Counted from the first letter of the stretch, positions 1 to 8,284 are shown. The stretch is 45,102 nucleotides of DNA from Candidatus Nomurabacteria bacterium (GCA_943349725.1 CALQZP010000002.1:1-45102), one strand, 5' to 3'. A program made the numbers and translations. Notes: generated by a model from the sequence alone, not told the origin.

Positions 1-1
1 C

Positions 2-1099
2 TCCAATGAAATGATTGTGTCCGTCTTCCCCGCCTTCTTTAGCTCGGTGCTGAAGTCAGGCGCCGCTTCGCTTGGATTTATCGAGGGTGTGGCCGATGGT
101 CTTTCCAACCTCACCAAGATTTACTCCGGTCGTCTCTCCGACAGACTACAGAAAAGAAAAATGCTCGCGCTCTCCGGATATATCCTCTCGGTGGCAACAC
201 GTCCGTTCTACCTTGCTTCGTCGGTAGCGGGACATGTCCTCGGTATTAGGATCATTGACCGCATTGGTAAAGGGATACGAGAAGCCCCGCGAGATGCACT
301 GCTTTCGCTTTCCACGACAAAGGAAACGGTAGGCCGTTCGTTTGGCTTCCACCGAATGATGGATTCGCTTGGATCCATTTTGGGACCACTCGTCGCATTC
401 CTCATTCTAAGCGTCTATCCTGGAGCTTTTGACAAAGTATTTATGGTGGCTTTTGTGGTGGGCATGTTGGCACTTATGTCATTTGCTTTCATTAAGGAAA
501 TCCATGCCGTCCACACATCGGGAAAAACAATAGGTCTTCGTCTCAAGGCACACACAAAAGAGTTTAGGCGATTTCTTTGGGTTATCTTTTTCCTCTCCTT
601 CGCCAATCTTCCTATCGCACTCTTACTGCTTAGAACACAGGACCTCGGTCTCGCAACGAGTTACATTCCACTGTTTTATTTGTTCTTCAGTATTTCGTAT
701 ACGGTATTCTCAATGACGGCAGGGAGAATGGCAGACAAAGTCGGTGACAAGCCGGTCATACTTGGTGGGTATCTACTTATGGCGCTCGGATATCTCTTTA
801 TGATTTACGACCACACGTTATTCGCCCTTGCCATTGGCTTTATTATTCTTGGAATTGCAAGCGCCTTTACGGACGGAACGCTACGCGCCTTCGCGTCGCG
901 TCTTACCAGTGAAGAAGAGCGCGGTGGAGCCTATGGACTCCTCAATGCGACTATCGGATGTGGCGTTATCTTTGCCGGTATTGTGGGCGGAATGCTCTGG
1001 CAATACTATGGCGCCACCACTGCGCTCTCGCTCTCCCTTGGCCTCATTCTCGTCGCCCTCATCGCCTTCGGTCTCATCGACGGCAAGCGCACTCGCTAG
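2..1099 (+). CDS. MFS transporter, 5' end cut by window edge
   Basis: The frame is open from nt 2 with no stop before the ATG at 11. GRLSDRLQKRK matches MFS motif A (TM2-TM3 loop), so TM1 lies upstream. Multiple hydrophobic helices follow. Stop is TAG at 1097-1099. Confidence 0.8.
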   Translation, partial: SNEMIVSVFPAFFSSVLKSGAASLGFIEGVADGLSNLTKIYSGRLSDRLQKRKMLALSGYILSVATRPFYLASSVAGHVLGIRIIDRIGKGIREAPRDALLSLSTTKETVGRSFGFHRMMDSLGSILGPLVAFLILSVYPGAFDKVFMVAFVVGMLALMSFAFIKEIHAVHTSGKTIGLRLKAHTKEFRRFLWVIFFLSFANLPIALLLLRTQDLGLATSYIPLFYLFFSISYTVFSMTAGRMADKVGDKPVILGGYLLMALGYLFMIYDHTLFALAIGFIILGIASAFTDGTLRAFASRLTSEEERGGAYGLLNATIGCGVIFAGIVGGMLWQYYGATTALSLSLGLILVALIAFGLIDGKRTR

Positions 1100-1168
1100 T
1101 TTTAGAATTGGAAAAACCCGCGTTTTCCAGGCGCAGGGGAATGTAGCACGTGGCAAGTATGCACGACA

Positions 1169-1232
1169 CTATAGGCTAATTCGTGCTTGTCCCGCCGTAG
1201 CTTTATGCGAAGGGGGACGAATTAGCCTATAG
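1169..1232. repeat. Nested GC-rich palindromic element (family C, intergenic form)
   Basis: Perfect 15-bp outer stem CTATAGGCTAATTCG / CGAATTAGCCTATAG encloses the core TCCCGCCGTAGCTTTATGCGAAGGGGGA. Related cores occur at 5931-5983 and 8296-8347. It lies between the convergent MFS and trmD genes. Confidence 0.8.
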
Positions 1233-1250
1233 TAAACGGGGAGTAACCTT

Positions 1251-1976
1251 TTACTTTTTCTGGCGAGATTGTTTCCACTCGTCTATCTTGGCTTGGTGTC
1301 CGGAGAGGAGCACCTTCGGCACACGAAGTTTTTTTCCGTTGTATTCAAAAATCTCGGGGCGCGTGTAGACATCGGGGCTTGCGATACGGCTTTCCTCGCG
1401 TGAATTAAAATCGCCGAGCACGCCTTCCACTTGGCGTGCAATGACGTCTATCATAAGCATCGCGGGAAGTTCCCCACCGGTAAGTACGAACGGCCCGACG
1501 GACACCTCATCAACCTTTCCGCCAGAGGCGGATCCGCCTCTGGCGGAGAATGCTTTTTTCACCCGCGCGTCTATCCCCTCATACCGTCCGCAGATAATGA
1601 TGATGTCGGAGGACTTCGCATACTTCACTCCCGTTTCGTTCGTAAATTGTTTTCCGCTTGGCGTCAGCCACACAATAGGAGTTTTTAGTTTGAAGTTTTT
1701 AGTTTGAAGTTTTTTTGTGTTCTTATTTTTAACTGTAAACTCTAAACTTTTAACTGCTTCAGCTACCGCTTTGATAACCGGTTCGGCTTGAATGACCATC
1801 CCCGGTCCCCCGCCGTACGGTGCGCGGTCAATCCGCTTATGTTTATCTTCGGTGAAATCGCGGGGGTTGTAAAACTTCACTTTTATCTTTTTATCCTCAA
1901 TGGCGCGTTTCAAGATGGACTCCCCGAGGTAGGAGTCAAAAGCGTGCGGGAAGAGGGTTATGATGTGGAAAGTCAT
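1251..1976 (-). CDS. trmD: tRNA (guanine37-N1)-methyltransferase TrmD
   Basis: N-terminus FHIITLFPHAF, plus APYGGGPGMV and VLTGGELPAM, are typical TrmD motifs. The gene carries two repeat-derived in-frame insertions (1518-1547 and about 1678-1765). Confidence 0.93.
   Translation of the reverse strand: MTFHIITLFPHAFDSYLGESILKRAIEDKKIKVKFYNPRDFTEDKHKRIDRAPYGGGPGMVIQAEPVIKAVAEAVKSLEFTVKNKNTKKLQTKNFKLKTPIVWLTPSGKQFTNETGVKYAKSSDIIIICGRYEGIDARVKKAFSARGGSASGGKVDEVSVGPFVLTGGELPAMLMIDVIARQVEGVLGDFNSREESRIASPDVYTRPEIFEYNGKKLRVPKVLLSGHQAKIDEWKQSRQKK
1518..1547. repeat. 30-bp double-hairpin palindrome in-frame inside trmD
   Basis: TCCGCCAGAGGCGGA followed by TCCGCCTCTGGCGGA, a perfect palindrome that encodes ARGGSASGGK. 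The same hairpin pair occurs upstream of the GIY-YIG gene (26648-26676). Confidence 0.85.
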
Positions 1977-1983
1977 TGGGGGC

Positions 1984-2011
1984 AGTTAGTAGTAAGTAGA
2001 TAGTAGTAAGT
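1984..2011. repeat. Heptamer tandem array (agttagt agtaagt agatagt agtaagt)
   Basis: Four consecutive 7-bp units lie directly upstream of the trmD start. Confidence 0.75.
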
Positions 2012-2027
2012 AGAAAAAGAAAACGCA

Positions 2028-2057
2028 AGAAACAAAAGAGCTTGACCGAAGTCAAGC
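2028..2057 (-). terminator. Rho-independent terminator after the GNAT gene
   Basis: Minus-strand hairpin GCTTGAC-ttcg-GTCAAGC followed by TCTTTTGTTTCTT. Confidence 0.6.
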
Positions 2058-2085
2058 CCACTAAATGGAAACTTGAGTAGTTTGG

Positions 2086-2541
2086 CTAAAAGACGATTTT
2101 GTAGCGATTGCTGCTCTTTCCGGCTGGCTCAAAACCTAGGCCCTGATAGAGTGCGTTAGTTCCAGGGTTGCTAGCGTTACAGGTGAGGCGAACATCACTC
2201 AACCCCAAGCCTTTAGCACGCGCAACCAAATGAATCAGCAGATCCGAAGCAATCCCGTTTCGTCGGACCGACCGCTCAACACAGACATGTCCGATATAAC
2301 CACCAGATTTCACAAGTGAGTGCAGGACGAGCAAGCTGGCCATCCCTACAATCACCGAATGCTCGGTCACATCTCGGACAACCACTAGAATACCTCCGTG
2401 CGCAAAAAAGAGCTTGCGTTGCTTGGCCGAGAAGTTTCCGTCGTTTTTGCTTTGTGCAAAAAGTATCTGAAGGTCCCGTTGATCTTCTCCTGAAACCAAC
2501 CGTAGTTCCTCAAGTTTGAAACGAACTGTATCCATCTGCAT
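2086..2541 (-). CDS. GNAT family N-acetyltransferase
   Basis: The acetyl-CoA binding-type motif RRNGIASDLLIHLVARAKGLG and NALYQGLGFEP are present. ATG at 2541 is preferred because AAAGGA lies about 9 nt upstream. The longer ORF to 2607 would abut the upstream terminator. Confidence 0.75.
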   Translation of the reverse strand: MQMDTVRFKLEELRLVSGEDQRDLQILFAQSKNDGNFSAKQRKLFFAHGGILVVVRDVTEHSVIVGMASLLVLHSLVKSGGYIGHVCVERSVRRNGIASDLLIHLVARAKGLGLSDVRLTCNASNPGTNALYQGLGFEPAGKSSNRYKIVF

Positions 2542-2607
2542 ACTGTTTTTCCTTTCTGTAAATTGTTCAAAATTAGAATAACATACTTGTGCATATTTGT
2601 CCAACAC

Positions 2608-2640
2608 AAAACCGCCCCGACGAAGTCGGGGCGGTTTTGT
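2608..2640 (-). terminator. Bidirectional-type intrinsic terminator after the rpsP-KH operon
   Basis: Ten-bp GC stem CCGCCCCGAC / GTCGGGGCGG, flanked by AAAA and TTTT. On the minus strand it is followed by TTTTGTGTT. Confidence 0.75.
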
Positions 2641-2645
2641 GTTTC

Positions 2646-2687
2646 CCTAGTGCCTAGTTTCCTAGTGCCTAGTGCCTAGTGCCTAAC
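2646..2687. repeat. Heptamer tandem array (cctagtg units)
   Basis: cctagtg cctagtt(t) cctagtg cctagtg cctagtg cctaact, immediately 3' of the KH gene stop. Confidence 0.8.
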
Positions 2688-3005
2688 TTAAATCTTCAGG
2701 TCTTCCATCGCTTCGTCAACACTCTTTGTCGTGGAGCGTTCGGGGCGCATTCCGCCTTCGGGTTCACTGATCTTGAGGTTTACGCGTGCGTTGTTCTTCA
2801 TACCGACAACACGGAGAAGTGTTCGGATAGCCTTGGCGGTATTGCCGGAGCGACCGATAACCTTGCCCATATCAACCGGGCTAATCGCGAGAGTGAGAAG
2901 AACTCCCATCTCGTCAACCGTTCGAACGATTTTGACCTCATCAGGAGCGTCAACAAGCGCCTTCACCACATACTCGAGAAATGTAACATCACTTTCTTGT
3001 GCCAT
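2688..3005 (-). CDS. KH-domain RNA-binding protein (YlqC/UPF0109-like)
   Basis: VIGRSGNTAKAIRTLL is a GXXG KH motif, and the gene sits in the conserved position after rpsP. Start is placed at MAQESD (ATG 3003-3005). The track ORF to 3128 adds a non-conserved extension. Confidence 0.8.
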   Translation of the reverse strand: MAQESDVTFLEYVVKALVDAPDEVKIVRTVDEMGVLLTLAISPVDMGKVIGRSGNTAKAIRTLLRVVGMKNNARVNLKISEPEGGMRPERSTTKSVDEAMEDLKI

Positions 3006-3162
3006 AGTCTCATCTTTTACTAATCTTCTTAAAGAAAATTCGACCGTGCAGATTTGCCCAACACTGGCTGGGGTTACTGTCACCAAAAAGGGTACCATAC
3101 TTCCAAATACCAGTCCACACGAAAACAACCCGCAGAAGCGGGTTGTTTTCGTATAGAAATCT

Positions 3163-3555
3163 TTATGCCTTTGGCGCTTCGGCTACGGACTCGCCCTGCG
3201 TAGCCTTTGGCGAAGCAGGGGCTTCGGCTACCGGCTCGCCCTGCGTAGCCTTTGGCGAAGCAGGGGCTTCTTCTTTTTTGATGGGAGTTCGTTTTGGAAG
3301 TACGTTTATTTTCTTTCCCGGAATAATGCGCTCATGAACGAGATAGTTGTGCACGGTACCAGACGGCTGGGCTCCTTTGGAAATCCAATATTTGATGCGT
3401 TCAGCATCCACCTTCTTCTCGTCGGTCATGAGGTTGTAGGTGCCGAGCACTTCGTGGAACTTACCGCTTTTTGTGGAGTTTTTGGAGTCGGTCAAAACCA
3501 CCCGAAAAATCGGGATGTGCTTCCTGGCCACTCGCTGTAGTCTTATCTTCAACAT
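3163..3555 (-). CDS. rpsP: 30S ribosomal protein S16 with repeat-encoded C-terminal extension
   Basis: MLKIRLQRVARKHIPIFRVV is a canonical S16 N-terminus. The C-terminal tail is encoded by two tandem 45-bp repeats. Confidence 0.92.
   Translation of the reverse strand: MLKIRLQRVARKHIPIFRVVLTDSKNSTKSGKFHEVLGTYNLMTDEKKVDAERIKYWISKGAQPSGTVHNYLVHERIIPGKKINVLPKRTPIKKEEAPASPKATQGEPVAEAPASPKATQGESVAEAPKA
3187..3276. repeat. 2 x 45-bp tandem repeat (family C core CCCTGCGTAGCCTTTGGCGAAGCAGGGG) in-frame in the rpsP tail
   Basis: Units at 3187-3231 and 3232-3276 differ at a few positions. Each encodes EAPASPKATQGE(P/S)VA. Confidence 0.9.
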
Positions 3556-3562
3556 AGGCGAG

Positions 3563-3591
3563 ATGGTAGCAGAATAACATCTCCCCGTCAA
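3563..3591 (-). promoter_or_regulatory. rpsP promoter, leaderless geometry
   Basis: Minus strand reads TTGACG-N17-TACCAT-N7-ATG. Confidence 0.5.
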
Positions 3592-3594
3592 TTT

Positions 3595-3629
3595 TTCATA
3601 CTTCATAATTCATACTTCATAATTCATCT
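3595..3629. repeat. Heptamer tandem array (ttcata[ac] units)
   Basis: ttcatac ttcataa ttcatac ttcataa ttcatct, in the divergent rpsP/rnr intergenic region. Confidence 0.8.
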
Positions 3630-3637
3630 CTCTGTGC

Positions 3638-3643
3638 TATAGT
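3638..3643 (+). promoter_or_regulatory. -10 box for rnr (TATAGT-N6-GTG)
   Basis: TATAGT lies 6 nt upstream of the GTG at 3650. No convincing -35 was found. Confidence 0.4.
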
Positions 3644-3649
3644 ACGGAC

Positions 3650-5686
3650 GTGAAAAACAGGCATTCTCCCAAGCAACCACAGGAAAAGCACCCTAACTCC
3701 ACGATTACAGGGGTACTTAGCGTGAATTCGCGTGCCGTAGGCTTTATCTCCCCCGCTACGAATGCCCCTAAAAAAGGTAGCAGAAACAAAGACGAGGACA
3801 TAATGATTGAAACGCAAAATCTCCACACCGCGCTTAACCGTGACGAAGTGGAAGTTGAGGTACTCAAGGAAAAAGTAAAAGGGAGACGAACTGGAAAGGT
3901 GCTACGTGTTATCACACGCGCAAAAATGCGCTTTGTCGGGACAATTGAGGAAAGTGGAACGAGGCTCGTTCTGGCCCCGGATGATTTCCGGATGTACGCA
4001 AAGATAGTGATTCCAAAACCCCCGAGAGAAGCGCAGAAGGGACACAAAGCCTTGGTTGAAATCAAAGAATGGAAAGACGGCGGTGAACCACTGGGTGAGG
4101 TTATCAAAGTCATCGGCAAAAAGGGCGAGCACGAAGTGGAAATGGAGTCCATCATTCTTGAACGCGGATTTGAGAGTGCCTTCCCCCGCGACACCGAAGC
4201 CGAAGCCGAAAAAATTGCAGACGAGGCACAGAGACTTCTTAAAGAAACCGGCTCCCCTATTCCCGCGGACGAAATTACGAAAAGGCGAGACTTCCGCGAG
4301 ACTACCCTGTTCACCATTGACCCCGCAACAGCAAAAGATTTTGATGATGCCCTTTCGTTCCGCAGGCTGCCCTCCTCCGCTAAAGCTACGAAGGGCGAAT
4401 CTGAAGACAGATTCGAGATTGGCGTGCATATCGCCGACGTGTCCCACTATGTCCGCGAAGGTACCGCACTTGACCGTGAGGCGCGCGAGCGCGGGACAAG
4501 CGTCTACCTCGTAGACCGCACCATTCCGATGCTCCCCCACGCGCTTTCAAACGACCTCTGTTCGCTGAACCCCAATGTAGACCGGCTCGCCTTCTCGGCG
4601 GTCTTTGAAATGGACGAGAAAGGACACATTTACGAAAGGTGGTTTGGGAAAGGAGTCATACATTCGCAAATGCGTTTTACGTACGAAACGGCGCAGGAAT
4701 CAATAGACAATGGTGGAGTGCTTGCGGAGGAACTCCGGACATTAAACAGCATCGCGAAAAAACTGCGCGCGGAGAAAACAAGGCAAGGCGCTATTGATTT
4801 TGAACAGGACGAGGTCGCCTTTGAACTTGATGAAACCGGACACCCTGTCCGCATCTACAAAAAGAAACGTCTTGATACACATAAGCTGATTGAAGAGTTT
4901 ATGCTCCTCGCGAACCGCGAAGTCGCCCATCACTTTTCAAAGACCGCGGTAAAGGCTGGTGGCAAGCTCCAATTTATTTACCGTACCCACGACGAACCGA
5001 ACCGTGAAAAGCTGGAACAGCTCGGCATTTTCGTACGGGCGCTCGGACACGACCTTTCGGTCCAGAAAGATGGAACGGTAAGTGGGAAAGACCTCCAAGC
5101 ACTTTTTAATACAATTCAAGGACATGCCTCCGAGTCGCTTATCAAAACCGCGGCTATTCGTAGTATGGCGAAAGCTGTGTACTCCACGATGAACATCGGA
5201 CACTTCGGACTCGCGTTTGAACACTACACACATTTCACCTCACCTATCAGGCGCTATCCCGACCTCTTGGTACACCGCTCACTATTCGCGATACAGGAAC
5301 AGCACAAGGTGGACCCACAGAAGATGGCACAGCTTGAAAGAATGGCCTCGGACGCTACCAAGCGAGAAATATCCGCAGCGGAAGCGGAGCGCGAATCCAT
5401 TAAGCTAAAGCAGGTGGAATATATGGAAGAACGTATCGGAAAGGAGTTTGATGGGTTGATTTCCGGCGTAACCGAATGGGGTATTTATGTGGAGGAAAAA
5501 GACACTCGCTCGGAAGGAATGGTAAAGCTACGAGACATTTCCGGAGACTACTATGTACTTGAAGAAAAGACCTACTCGGTGGTAGGTGAACGCACCAAAA
5601 AGCGCTACTCGCTTGGCGACAAAGTACGTTTCAAAGTGGTCGGCGCGGATGTGGAGCGGAAAACGCTGGACTACAAACTTGTGTAA
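3650..5686 (+). CDS. rnr: Ribonuclease R (RNB-family 3'-5' exoribonuclease)
   Basis: RNB catalytic motifs FTIDPATAKDFDDALS and HFGLAFEHYTHFTSPIRRYPDLLVHR are present, with a C-terminal S1 domain (GLISGVTEWGIYVE). Confidence 0.93.
   Translation: MKNRHSPKQPQEKHPNSTITGVLSVNSRAVGFISPATNAPKKGSRNKDEDIMIETQNLHTALNRDEVEVEVLKEKVKGRRTGKVLRVITRAKMRFVGTIEESGTRLVLAPDDFRMYAKIVIPKPPREAQKGHKALVEIKEWKDGGEPLGEVIKVIGKKGEHEVEMESIILERGFESAFPRDTEAEAEKIADEAQRLLKETGSPIPADEITKRRDFRETTLFTIDPATAKDFDDALSFRRLPSSAKATKGESEDRFEIGVHIADVSHYVREGTALDREARERGTSVYLVDRTIPMLPHALSNDLCSLNPNVDRLAFSAVFEMDEKGHIYERWFGKGVIHSQMRFTYETAQESIDNGGVLAEELRTLNSIAKKLRAEKTRQGAIDFEQDEVAFELDETGHPVRIYKKKRLDTHKLIEEFMLLANREVAHHFSKTAVKAGGKLQFIYRTHDEPNREKLEQLGIFVRALGHDLSVQKDGTVSGKDLQALFNTIQGHASESLIKTAAIRSMAKAVYSTMNIGHFGLAFEHYTHFTSPIRRYPDLLVHRSLFAIQEQHKVDPQKMAQLERMASDATKREISAAEAERESIKLKQVEYMEERIGKEFDGLISGVTEWGIYVEEKDTRSEGMVKLRDISGDYYVLEEKTYSVVGERTKKRYSLGDKVRFKVVGADVERKTLDYKLV
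4369..4397. repeat. Family C-like element in-frame in rnr
   Basis: GCCCTCCTCCGCTAAAGCTACGAAGGGCG encodes PSSAKATKG. It resembles the core at 5948-5975 and lies in a loop just before the conserved GVHIADVSHYV. Confidence 0.5.
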
Positions 5687-5712
5687 TTTTTGACAAAGAA
5701 GGTGGGTTATCT

Positions 5713-5865
5713 ATGCAGACTCCTTTTATGAAAACAAACCACATAGGCATCGACGGATGGTCAAATGGTCCCACACCAAAACAAACAGCGCACACAGGCG
5801 GGCATTCTCCGCAAAAAGGAAAGCGCAAAAGTGTCGTTAAATTGGGGAGAGGACCCCTCCACTAG
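5713..5865 (+). CDS. Candidate 50-aa basic small protein (or part of an ncRNA or long 3' UTR)
   Basis: AAGGTG lies 8 nt upstream of ATG 5713. The ORF ends at TAG 5863-5865 and is followed by a terminator at 5882-5910. It is below the track size cutoff and I recognise no family. Confidence 0.25.
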   Translation: MQTPFMKTNHIGIDGWSNGPTPKQTAHTGGHSPQKGKRKSVVKLGRGPLH

Positions 5866-5881
5866 CCGAGCGACTGGGTAC

Positions 5882-5910
5882 GAGCCACGCGGGTAATGCG
5901 TGGCTTTTTT
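5882..5910 (+). terminator. Rho-independent terminator
   Basis: GAGCCACGC-gggtaat-GCGTGGC followed by TTTTTTGTT. Confidence 0.75.
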
Positions 5911-5930
5911 GTTGCATGCTTAAAAACTGG

Positions 5931-5983
5931 ATCCCCGCCTTCCCGCCTTCGCTAAAAGCTACGGACGGGAGCAGCGCGGGGAT
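5931..5983. repeat. Nested GC-rich palindromic element (family C, intergenic form)
   Basis: Outer stem ATCCCCGC / GCGGGGAT encloses the core CCCGCCTTCGCTAAAAGCTACGGACGGG. Confidence 0.7.
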
Positions 5984-6019
5984 GACGCAAAACATAGTCG
6001 CTCCGCTCCTTGCTTTGTG

Positions 6020-8284
6020 TCACTTCGCCACCGCCACTGCTTCGTCAAACGCAATAGAGAGGAGTTTGGACACTCCGCTTTTGTCCATGGTAACGCCGTA
6101 GATGACTCCGGCGCGGGACATCGTCTCGCGATTGTGCGTGATGAGGATAAGCTGTGAGTGTTTGGAAAGGTTCTCCACCATATCGCCATACTTCTTGGAG
6201 TTCGCCTCATCAAGTGCGGCGTCCGTTTCGTCAAGAATGATAAACGGCGGGGGTTTCACTTGCGACATCGCGAAGAGAAGCGCGATAGAGGTGAGAGCGC
6301 GCTCCCCACCCGAGAGCATCATCAGCGCTTTTATTTTCTTGCGCGGAAGGTTCACTTCAATGTCTATACCTGTTTCCTTTTCGGTGTCTTCGGGCACCGT
6401 TATTCCCTCCTCACTCGCGAGAAGGTCATCCATTTCCCTTCGTACTTTCTTCTCGGGCTTTGCGATCGAGAGTTTGGCCGAACCGCCCCCGAACATAAGG
6501 GAGAAATAATTCTGGAACTCTTTGTTTATCTTTAGAATACCGCCACGAAACTCCTCGTCGAGCTTCATAGAGAGCTCAGTGATAAGTTCACGAAGCGTCT
6601 CGGCGCTCTTCTCAAGGTCTGCAAGTTCGCGCGCGAGAAACTGGTCTCGCTCCGTCGCCTCCTCAAACTCCTTGAGGACTTCCGCTCCGCTTCCCCCGCC
6701 GGCATCTTCAATGCGAATTTTAAGCTTCTCTACTCTTCGTCGTCGCTCTTCTTGTTTTATCCGATCTTCAGACGTACTCGTCTGAAGATTTAGGACAGTA
6801 CCCGATTCATCTTTTACCTCCGCCTTTTCATACTCCATAAGTTCTCTCCCGACGAGAAGTATTCCCTCGGTCAGTTCTCGCTTGAAATCCCCTTCCAAAT
6901 GTTCAAGCTCGGAGTGCCTCACCCGAAGCGCGGTGAGCGTTCCGTGAAGCTCATTTTGGCGAGCCATAATGCGAAATACTTCCTTCTCCGCGTCACGACT
7001 TGAATCTTTTTCCTTCTCAATATCCAAGCGGAGTTTCTTTTCATCCTGCGCGACTTCCCCTTCAGCGTGCTGAATTTCGGAGAGCTTCTTTTCCGCCCCT
7101 TGTTTCTTTTCGCGAAGCGAGGCAATCTCCCGTTCAAAACCCTCGATACTCGGGTTTTTCTTTTGACGATATTTATCCAAAAGTCCGCCAAGAGCGTGCT
7201 TCACCGTTTCAAACGCTCGCTTCAACAGACCAATGTCTTCGCTCGTAAACGCCTGATCCACCTCCTTTGCAATGGACTCCACTTCGGAAATCGGGATAAG
7301 CGCTTCACTTACTTTTGCAGATTCCTGTGTGCTCTTCATACGCTCCGTGGACGCTATCTCACCCTCAAGCCGTCCAATGTCACGGGAAATACTTTCACGC
7401 TCCCTGCGGAGGCCATTTAAGCGCTCCTCAACCGCAATGACCGCCTTGGTCTTTGCATCCGCTCCGTGCGTTTCTTCCAAAATCTTTTTTGATGCGGAAA
7501 GTTTCTGTTCCAAATCGGCAAGCTCCGCTTTCGGCGAGCGTTCTTCATCGGATATCTTTTGTTTGGTGTGGGTGAGATAGGTATGCTCGCGTTTCAAATA
7601 CTCCGCGTAAAGCGAGCGGAGTTCTTCCTTGAGCAGTTTGGTCTTTTCCACCTTCTCCACCTGCTTTTTGAGAAAGGCGATATGCGGAGCAATCTCACGG
7701 CGCAGTGACCCCACCTGCTTCATATTTTCCTCGGTCTTTAGAAGTTTCCGTTCCGACTCCTCGCGCTTCCACTCAAATATCTTGAGACCAAGTGCATCCT
7801 CAATCATCTCGCGTCGCTCGCGCATATTGGCGTTCAGTATCCTGTCCGCTTCGCCTTGCGAAATAATGTGATGTCCCGACGCTCCAATATGCGCGCCCGA
7901 AAGGAGCTCTACAATATCGCGAAGCCGAACGGGTGAGCCGTTCACGAGATATTCGCTTCCCGCGTCGCGATAGATAACGCGTTCAATCGTTACTTCATCT
8001 ACATCAAGATTGAGCAATCGTTTTCGGTTATCAAACACGAGCTTTACCGACGCGCGGTTTGAGCGTCCTACTTCGGGGGAACCGTTCCAGATGAGGTCCT
8101 CGGTGCGCTTCCCGCGCATACTCTTGATGGACTGCTCGCCGAGTACAAAGCGAAATGCTTCGGCGGTATTGCTCTTCCCGCTTCCGTTTGGCCCCACGAT
8201 GCCCGTGATGGGCGTGTTGAAAGAGAGTTCGGTCTTCTTGGCGAACGATTTGAAACCGATGAGTTCTAGGCTTTTGAGATACAT
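6020..8284 (-). CDS. smc: SMC-family chromosome segregation ATPase, unusually short (754 aa)
   Basis: N-terminal Walker A GPNGSGKSN within an SMC-type head. C-terminal signature LSGGERALTSIALLFAM and Walker B FIILDETDAALD. Long coiled-coil middle. Stop codon is TGA. Confidence 0.85.
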   Translation of the reverse strand: MYLKSLELIGFKSFAKKTELSFNTPITGIVGPNGSGKSNTAEAFRFVLGEQSIKSMRGKRTEDLIWNGSPEVGRSNRASVKLVFDNRKRLLNLDVDEVTIERVIYRDAGSEYLVNGSPVRLRDIVELLSGAHIGASGHHIISQGEADRILNANMRERREMIEDALGLKIFEWKREESERKLLKTEENMKQVGSLRREIAPHIAFLKKQVEKVEKTKLLKEELRSLYAEYLKREHTYLTHTKQKISDEERSPKAELADLEQKLSASKKILEETHGADAKTKAVIAVEERLNGLRRERESISRDIGRLEGEIASTERMKSTQESAKVSEALIPISEVESIAKEVDQAFTSEDIGLLKRAFETVKHALGGLLDKYRQKKNPSIEGFEREIASLREKKQGAEKKLSEIQHAEGEVAQDEKKLRLDIEKEKDSSRDAEKEVFRIMARQNELHGTLTALRVRHSELEHLEGDFKRELTEGILLVGRELMEYEKAEVKDESGTVLNLQTSTSEDRIKQEERRRRVEKLKIRIEDAGGGSGAEVLKEFEEATERDQFLARELADLEKSAETLRELITELSMKLDEEFRGGILKINKEFQNYFSLMFGGGSAKLSIAKPEKKVRREMDDLLASEEGITVPEDTEKETGIDIEVNLPRKKIKALMMLSGGERALTSIALLFAMSQVKPPPFIILDETDAALDEANSKKYGDMVENLSKHSQLILITHNRETMSRAGVIYGVTMDKSGVSKLLSIAFDEAVAVAK

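Noticed and set aside
3187-3276. The possibility that the tandem repeats or heptamer arrays are CRISPR arrays.
   Set aside because: Units are contiguous (45 bp x2, or 7 bp xN) with no unique 25-40-nt spacers, and no cas genes are present. The PaaX-like genes have only a loose pattern resemblance to Cas2.
3637-4317. A 226-aa minus-strand ORF, and the 212-aa ORF at 3902-4540, antisense to rnr.
   Set aside because: They overlap the conserved RNase R frame, have Ser/Phe-rich low-complexity translations and show no start context.
5760-5830. GGTCAAATGGTCC and CCGCAAAAAGGAAAGCGC looked faintly like the SRP RNA domain IV motif (GGUCAGGUCCGGAAGGAAGCAGCC).
   Set aside because: The conserved GNRA loop and AGCA bulge do not line up, and no closing helix was found. 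The region is kept only as a generic candidate-ncRNA note.
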